Of a DNA stretch of 64,000 nucleotides, positions 56,472 to 64,000 are shown piece by piece; the first letter of the stretch is position 1; the number at the start of each line of letters is the position of its first letter. The DNA lies in assembly GCF_006345805.1 (NCBI RefSeq), contig NC_042997.1, forward strand, positions 62,806,001 through 62,870,000, given 5' to 3'. Made by a program: the position numbers and the translations under genes. The DNA is from Octopus sinensis (lineage: Eukaryota). The notes under the pieces were generated by a model. That model was not told the origin of the DNA. It saw nothing but the letters and a program-made list of their open reading frames with translations, and made no database searches.

Positions 56472-58598
56472 TCACAAAGGCTGAACAAGCACCTGGACGA
56501 AAACAAACTGTTCCCAGAAGAGCAGAAAGGATGCCGCAAAGGCTCATATGGCTGTAAAGATCAACTAATGATTAATAAAGCCATAACTGAAGACAGCCAC
56601 AGAAAAAAGAAAGGCCTCAGTATGGCCTGGATTGACTACAAAAAGGCGTTTGATAGCATCCCCCACACATGGATCCTCGAAACACTAGCCATTAACAAAG
56701 TAGCACCAACAATCATAAAATTCATAGAGCACTCTATGAATAAATGGCAAACAGTCCTACACCTCCAAACAAAAGAGGGACTCATGAAAACCAAAGACAT
56801 CCCCATTAGAAGAGGAATATTCCAGGGAGACACGCTCTCTCCACTCCTTTTCTGCTTGGCACTGTCACCTCTATCTGATATGCTAAATAGAACTGGATGC
56901 GGATATAAATGTTACGGCAAAACGATCAGCCACCTTTTATATATGGATGACCTAAAACTATACGCTGCAAATGACAAACAGCTGGAAACACTATTAAAGA
57001 CAGTTCATGGATTTACCAAAGAAATAGATATGAAATTTGAATTAGAAAAATGCAACAAAGTAACCATGAAAAGAGGAAAACTAGTTAAGAGTAACAACAT
57101 CACACTAGATAAAACCAATGAAATAGAAGAATTAGACCAAAGCCAAACTTACAAATACTTAGGAATCCATGAACTAGATAAGACACAACACACACAAATG
57201 AAAGAGAAAATAAAAAAAGAATATTATAGACGAGTTAGATCAATACTAAACACAGAGCTCAATGCTAAAAACAAGATAATAGGTATCAACACTTTAGCTG
57301 TCCCAGTTATAAGTTACAGCTACAATATCCTTAACTGGACACGAAATGAACTGACCAAAATAGATAGGAAAACAAGAAAAATAATGACAGGATCTAGGAT
57401 GCATCACCCAAAATCTTTATAGAAAGACTATATATACAACGTATAGAAGGTGGTAGAGGCCTTATACAGCTGGAAAACTACTATAAAATAACCACCATAG
57501 GACTGCAAAAATATCTACTTCAGAAGGAAGGAAAACTGATCCAGATAGCGGCAAAACACGAGCAAAACAAAAAACTGTTCTCAGTATTTAAGGAAGCTGA
57601 CAAATACAAACAAGAAATCATACCACCTAATAAACATGAAGAAGAAGAAGAAGAAGATGAAGAAACAACAAAAGCTATAAAACAAATGAAATCCAAACTA
57701 AAAATAGAACAGCAACGAACCATGATAAAACGATGGCAAGAAAAGCCCCTTCATGGTAAATACTGGACTAAACTAAACGCAAAAGAAATAGACAAAGAAA
57801 AATCCCAGCAATGGTTGAGAAGCTCAGGACTCAAAGCAGAAACAGAGGGATTTTTAATTGCAGCACAAGACCAAAGCCTCCCCACCAGAAATTACCAAAA
57901 ACATGTAATGAAAAGAAATATTACAAGTAACTGCAGAATATGTGGAGATGGACAAGAAACAATAAATCATATTATCTCTAGCTGCCCAGTCCTGGCTAAG
58001 AAGGAATATATTCACAGACATGACAGAGTTGGAACCTACATACATTGGAAGCTATGCCAACATTATGGAATAACAACAGAAAAAAGATGGTATAGGTACA
58101 CACCAGAAAAGGTCACAGAAAACGAGAAAGCAACCATACTCTGGGATATGCCGATACACACAGATAGAGAAATTAAGGCCAACAGACCAGATATAGTTGT
58201 CAGAGACCATGAAGAAAAAAAATGCTTTCTAATTGATGTATCAATACCGGCTGATGACAACGTGTCTCTAAAAGAAATGGAGAAACTCTCAAAATACAAA
58301 GACCTGGAAATAGAGGTAACTAGAATGTGGAATCTGAAAACAGAAACAATTCCTATCATAGTAGGTGCATTAGGCATGATAAAAAAATATTCAGACAAAT
58401 ACATAACAAAAACACCAGGACTTACAAACACATATAACATACAGAAAATTGCACTACTAGGCACTGCACACATCCTACGCAGAACACTTTCCATACAATA
58501 ACCATCAGAGCATCACAACAAATCACAGCACATACCCAAGGCACACAGAGCTGCGCTCGGTAGTGAAGTGAAAGCACGCTATAAAAATAAAACTACTG
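56469..58598 (+). mobile_element. 5'-truncated R4/Dong-clade LINE, >99% identical to 50089-52218, inverted
   Basis: ORFs 56400-57422 (RT) and 57686-58501 (CCHC + RLE). The 3' UTR ends AAAACTACTG followed by (AAT)n. Confidence 0.93.
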
Positions 58599-58797
58599 AA
58601 TAATAATAATAATTATAATAATCTTTCTAATAAAGGCACAGTGGGGGAGACTAGTAGACTACACCGACCTCAGTGTTTTACATGGCCTTCTTAAAACTTC
58701 GAAACAATTTAGATTAAAATCTATGAGAGCCACTTCTTGGTATTGCACGTCTGGCATTGCATCAACGAATTCCTCCTCCTCCTCCTCCTCCTCCTCC

Positions 58798-58842
<45 letters not shown>

Positions 58843-59761
58843 CATTTTTGACAGAATTAACGCGTGGCTCAAGAATTTGATAAACTGTTTACTTGCTTGT
58901 GCGGATTGAATCTGACAAAAGTCGGAACGTTTGTTATTGAATTTGTATTTGATGATCAAGAGGGTGTTTTCATTTCCGGATATATCTCCTATTTGAGAGG
59001 TATATGGATATTTCTCATTTTAGCTTCTCGAGCATACAAATTTCATATTGCTGCCAACAAAACGATGTTGATAATCGAAGAATAAGATGGAGAAAGGTCG
59101 TGTGACTAACGTGTCTGTATGTGTCAGTTGCTTTAGAAAGTTTTGTATCTGTGCAAATATGCTTCGTTGAAGAAAATTTGAAAGTAAATATGCAACAAAG
59201 CGATGAACACTGACACCACCACCACGAATCAACGCAACATGAATACTAATGAGGGTGGAAATCCTCCTCTTCATCATCATCATCATCAACAGCAACACCA
59301 GCAGGAGATATATTATAGACCACTACGATTTGAATTTACATAATTATACAGTTTGGGAAAAGTCAACTTGAATGTTTATAGCTTTCGTGCATTTGATGAT
59401 GATAGTAAAACTGAATGAAATCGCTTCACTTGGGAATTGAAAATGCATTGCCAGATACTCGCTTTGTCAGAAGCTCATCTTTTAACGACACTCGTTTGCT
59501 TAATCTAGAATAAGCAGATGGAACATTGTACGTTTTGATTTAGTACACTACCAGTGATTAAGGTAAACTTTTTTCGCCGTAACGTTCATTATTTTCCCCT
59601 TATAATAAGTAACAAAAATGAACTGGTTTGTTCCAGTCACAGCGCTAAATTTTATCACTCTAACTCCACACTGTTTGCCTCAAATATACTGAAACGAAAC
59701 CTGAAACTGTGGTGTTCATCTCTTATAGATGTCTAGAGTAAAAAAACAACAACAGATGTAT

Positions 59762-60170
59762 AGACGCAGGTGTCGCTGTGTGGTAAGAAGCTTTCTTCCC
59801 AAACACGTGGTTCCGGGTTCTGTCTCACTGCGTGCCATCTTGGGCAAGTGTCTTCTACTATGGCCACGGGCTGACCAAGGTTTGTGAGTGAATTTGGTAG
59901 ACGGAAACTGAAAGAACACCGTCGTATATATGTATATGTGTATACCTGTGTGTGTGCGTCTTTTTGTCTGTGTTTGTCCCCCATCACCACTTGATAACTG
60001 GTGTTGGTGTGTTTATATCCCGTAACCTAGTGGTTCAGCAAAAGAGACCGATAGAATAAATACTAAGCTTAAAAAAATAAGTCATGGGGTCGATTTGTTC
60101 GACCAAAACCCTTCTAGGTGGTATTCTAGCATGGCCGCAGTCAAATGACTGAAAAAAATAAAAGAACAAA
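59762..60170 (+). mobile_element. SINE family 3, near full length
   Basis: AGACGCAGGTGTCGCTGTGTGGTAAG..GGTTCCGGGTTCTGTCTC..GGTAGACGGAAACTGAAAGAA..GGCCGCAGTCAAATGACTGAAA. Confidence 0.85.
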
Positions 60171-60626
60171 AGAATATACCAGTCATAAACGAAAATAGTC
60201 CAGCAGTGGTGGTGGCACTGTTAAATACGTATTTTTTCCATATTGAGTTTCGTCAGTATCAAATATCAAATAACAGCCGCATACTAAGACAAAACCATAC
60301 CTTATTAATATGGTAAAATAATGCCTGAAAATTCACTGATGTCGCAATTAGTTGGCAAATTCAATAAAAATTCGTTACTCAAAGAAGATACAACATTGAA
60401 AGACTGATAAATTACTGTATTCATCCCGTAGTAGAATTTCTTATAGATGTATAATGTTAAAATCTTAAAGTATTTATTTAAGTTTCATTCCAATTTGTTC
60501 TGATTTCAAATTCGATTGGGATGAATAAAATATATAGCAGTAGTAGACAGAAGATTTAACTATCTATACTACACTCTTTTAAACATTGAGTTAGAGCTTA
60601 TGAAATCAAAAGGAATACTCAATCTA

Positions 60627-60826
60627 CAGTGTCCACAAAAGCACTCCCTGATTTCACGACGTTATGATATCTAAAGTAATTCAAATATGATAAATATGGT
60701 GTCCACAGATTCCCTAACAAATAATATTTTCTTTTATTCTCAGGTGACTTGCCGTAAACACAAGGAAATCCAAGATGACCGCCATTCCACAACAACGCAA
60801 CTGGGAGTGTTTTTGTGGATACCCTG
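60627..60826. mobile_element. ~200-bp Tc1/mariner-type MITE
   Basis: TA|CAGTGTCCACAAAAGCACTCCC ... GGGAGTGTTTTTGTGGATACCCTG|TA. Confidence 0.7.
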
Positions 60827-62108
60827 TATATTGACAGAGTAAAAAGAGTTATTTTTCTTGAATTTGATAAAGACACGACTCAGAGACTGGATGAAGCAAA
60901 TCTTGATAAAAGCATGAAGAATATCACAACTGTTATTTCCTCAACGCTAAAATATATGTAAATTATAATTAATCATGATGAAATCAATACACTCATACAC
61001 ACTGTATAATATGCGTCTCAAGTTTCACAGATTCTATGTAAATATGTCAAGTGTATAAATGGTTTCCAGTTAATGTTGTAAATTAACTTCCGAAGGACGT
61101 TTGATTCTTTTGTATCTGATGCACCTGATGCAATGTATGCTACTAGGGGAAACGCCGCACACCACTTCAGAAGGTTTTCTTGTAGTTTATATATTACATA
61201 TTACATATATTATTTATTTATTCTTTTTGCAAGTGTAGGCTTGACATCACCATACAATCCATGCAAAAAAGAAATACGAAAACTTATAAAATAGTAAAAT
61301 ATGAAAAAGAAAGGAAATTATTAGTGAAATAAGTTTTAAATATTTACAAGAAATATAGAAATACATAAATAAGCAAATAATTTTAAAACATTTTATAACT
61401 TATATATGTATTCGTAAGATAAATTGAAAGTTATAAAATAGCGAGAAGTGAAAGTATTTTGATTTTTCTCTTTGCATGTATACACTCACGTATCACACGC
61501 TCATATATGTATAATGTTTACGTACTTAATGCATATATATGTACACACACATACACACACACACACACACACACGAGTGCACACATACATGTATATGCAT
61601 ATATATGAGCATTTATATACATTATACGTGAACAATATGGCCTTTAATTCTTTAGAATTATGCTTGCTAAACTGGTAGGCGGGCGTGACAAAGAAGCGAA
61701 TTTATGTTTAAAGATTCAGATGAGGTGACGGCGGCAGTGACTGAAAGCTATACAGAATATTTTGTGATTTTGAGTAAAGATGGTGTTCAAAATGATGAAA
61801 ACAACTTTTTGTCAAAATGTACTAAAATTGGAACTTTTAAAAAATTTTAGTGTTATTTTAGATTGAGCAAATAGGTTGTTTACTGTTTTGGTAACTTATA
61901 TAAATATATTTGTATTTGCATAATTATGTATAAGACTGCCACTGAAGACAATTACAAGTGAAAGATAATGGAACAAACAAGAAAACGACTGGCTATTTTA
62001 GAATTATCTCTTTCACATTTGCTGTTATTCACAGAAAATAAACTAAATGATGATATCTGGAATTGGCCATAGACAGAGAGATTGAAAGAGAAAGTGAAAG
62101 ATAGATAG

Positions 62109-62156
<48 letters not shown>

Positions 62157-63834
62157 GAAAGTGCATTTGTTTATATTTATGTGTAATAAATCTTATTTTA
62201 ATACGCAAGAAATAATCTCTTGAGTATCAAAAGAAAAAAAAGTTTCAAAATATTACATTGTCATGCGATAGCAATGGTTGAAACTTGGCTTACGGGTTTG
62301 CAACTGTATGAGAGAAAGAGAAAAACAACAACAAAAAAAGAGCTTTAAGAATATAATGTTTCAGTTAAACTAAAGGAATGGATAAAGCTATTTGAGAAAA
62401 TCGATTAAGACAATGGATTATAGAGTTGTGAAGACACTGCAATACACCTGAGAGTTGCAGAATACAATTTAGAGATTGGAAAGTAAATTATCACTAGAGA
62501 ATCAGAGAAAAAGAACTTCTAAAAGAATCTTGAATCGATAATTGGCATAACGTTTTCATCATCTTTGTCACTCTCAGATAAGACAGCTAAAAAAATAAAA
62601 CAACAAAACAATACAGATTCTACCATTGTGGTTGATAGAAAGTCAATAATCTACAGTGAGCCTACTACATTAATAAATACTTGCAACACCTAGGGGAAAA
62701 TTTATTTCCGTTCCACTATTCCTGACTGGACAGGACCGACAACATATATAAAATAAATGAAAATTTCGCGAGATCAGAATTGAAAGGAGAATAAGTGCTA
62801 TTAACAGCTACAGATCAGATTTATTGCATTTGAGATACACTTCGAGTGAAGTATAACACGAGAACGGGAGACGTTTCGTAAAAAAATACAAAAACAATGC
62901 AAAAAATGCTGTCCATACCCATTACAGACATCTTTGTAGCGAGAATAATTTCATGACAAATGGAAGTACGTAAGACGATTTGACATCAAATGTTATCAGA
63001 AGCTGTTTCTGCTTTGACTTATTATTAAGCTGCATATAAGCTTTATAAGACACAGCTTCAAATATACATAAAGTATCTTCTATGTTTATGAGAATAGTCT
63101 ATGTGGTATCGAGTTAGATAACAAAACATAGACCTATCAGATTTGCATTGGGTTGTTTGTACTACAGAGTAAGAGTCTTACTATACCTTATCCTCTAAGG
63201 AAACGAATAAATATTGTTATGATATACAGACTAATTTTGTGAGGTAAACCACATGCAAATCTGATTAATAAACAACAAAATTTTCAAATAAAAGATATTT
63301 AGTTGTAGCTTTTATCTTTTGTTACTTTTTGTTTCCATACATTTCTTCACCTACACACGCCTTTTACGTGAAAATATGTCGTAAACAATAACACGTACAT
63401 GTTGTACATAATTGTGGGATAGAGAAAGAAGGAAATCTTAGCATAGCTTCGATTCAGAATATTTGCACGCATTTCATAGCATGACTATTATTAGTCAGTT
63501 AGTTGCCACCTCGTGTAAGTCTCAACGTCTGAATCAAAGAATAACGTCAAAGTAATGGTTTTGTTCTCTGTTTTGATTATTGCCTACATATATTGGTCTG
63601 TAATTTTATATTCTTTGATATATTTCGTTTTACTTTGATATATTTCATTGTATTTGTTGCATACGGCTATCTTTATTTTGTTGTTTCATATTTTCGCCGA
63701 CTGAGCTTAATGCACGTATAGTTTTTATCTTTGGTGACATATACACAAAAACCCAAATATTCACAGACACGTAGACAACGAAAGCATAGGCACTCCTGTA
63801 AGACATATAATATGATACACAGAAGATAATATAC

Positions 63835-63948
63835 ATATATATATATATATATACACACACATACATACATACATACATACATACATACATACATACATAC
63901 ATACATACATACTACATACATACATACATACATACATACATACATACA

Positions 63949-63980
<32 letters not shown>
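63835..63980. repeat. (TA)n-(TACA)n microsatellite
   Basis: Direct inspection. Confidence 0.95.
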
Positions 63981-63982
<2 letters not shown>

Positions 63983-64000
63983 ACATGAACATTGTAATGC

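Noticed and set aside
59203-59343. 46-aa ORF MNTDTTTTNQRNMNTNEGGNPPLHHHHHQQQHQQEIYYRPLRFEFT
   Set aside because: It is short, its His/Gln run comes from a (CAT)n/(CAG) microsatellite, and there is no splice or homology support.

Overview
Repeat-dense animal nuclear DNA, most likely from an octopus. That assignment is an inference from the tRNA-derived SINEs, the very dense microsatellites and a decayed mollusc-type mitochondrial insertion. No host protein-coding exon could be supported, so the window looks intergenic or intronic. Mobile content: the 3' end of a Helitron, several Tc1/mariner relics, three Penelope-like fragments, decayed LINEs, about 20 SINE copies of three families, several fold-back elements, and an old nad4 NUMT. 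Two ~0.8-kb apparently perfect tandem duplications and an ancient ~2-kb triplication are also present. The most system-like region is 49.9-58.6 kb, a (TAA)n microsatellite that was serially colonised. It holds a full-length but frameshifted R4/Dong-clade LINE, a near-identical inverted 5'-truncated copy, a ~440-bp bipartite (5' end + 3' end) Dong-like non-autonomous element, and two copies of a ~550-bp non-coding element. A second highlight is a 780-bp fold-back with a hammerhead-ribozyme-like motif on each arm. All alignments were done by eye, and coordinates of decayed elements are approximate.
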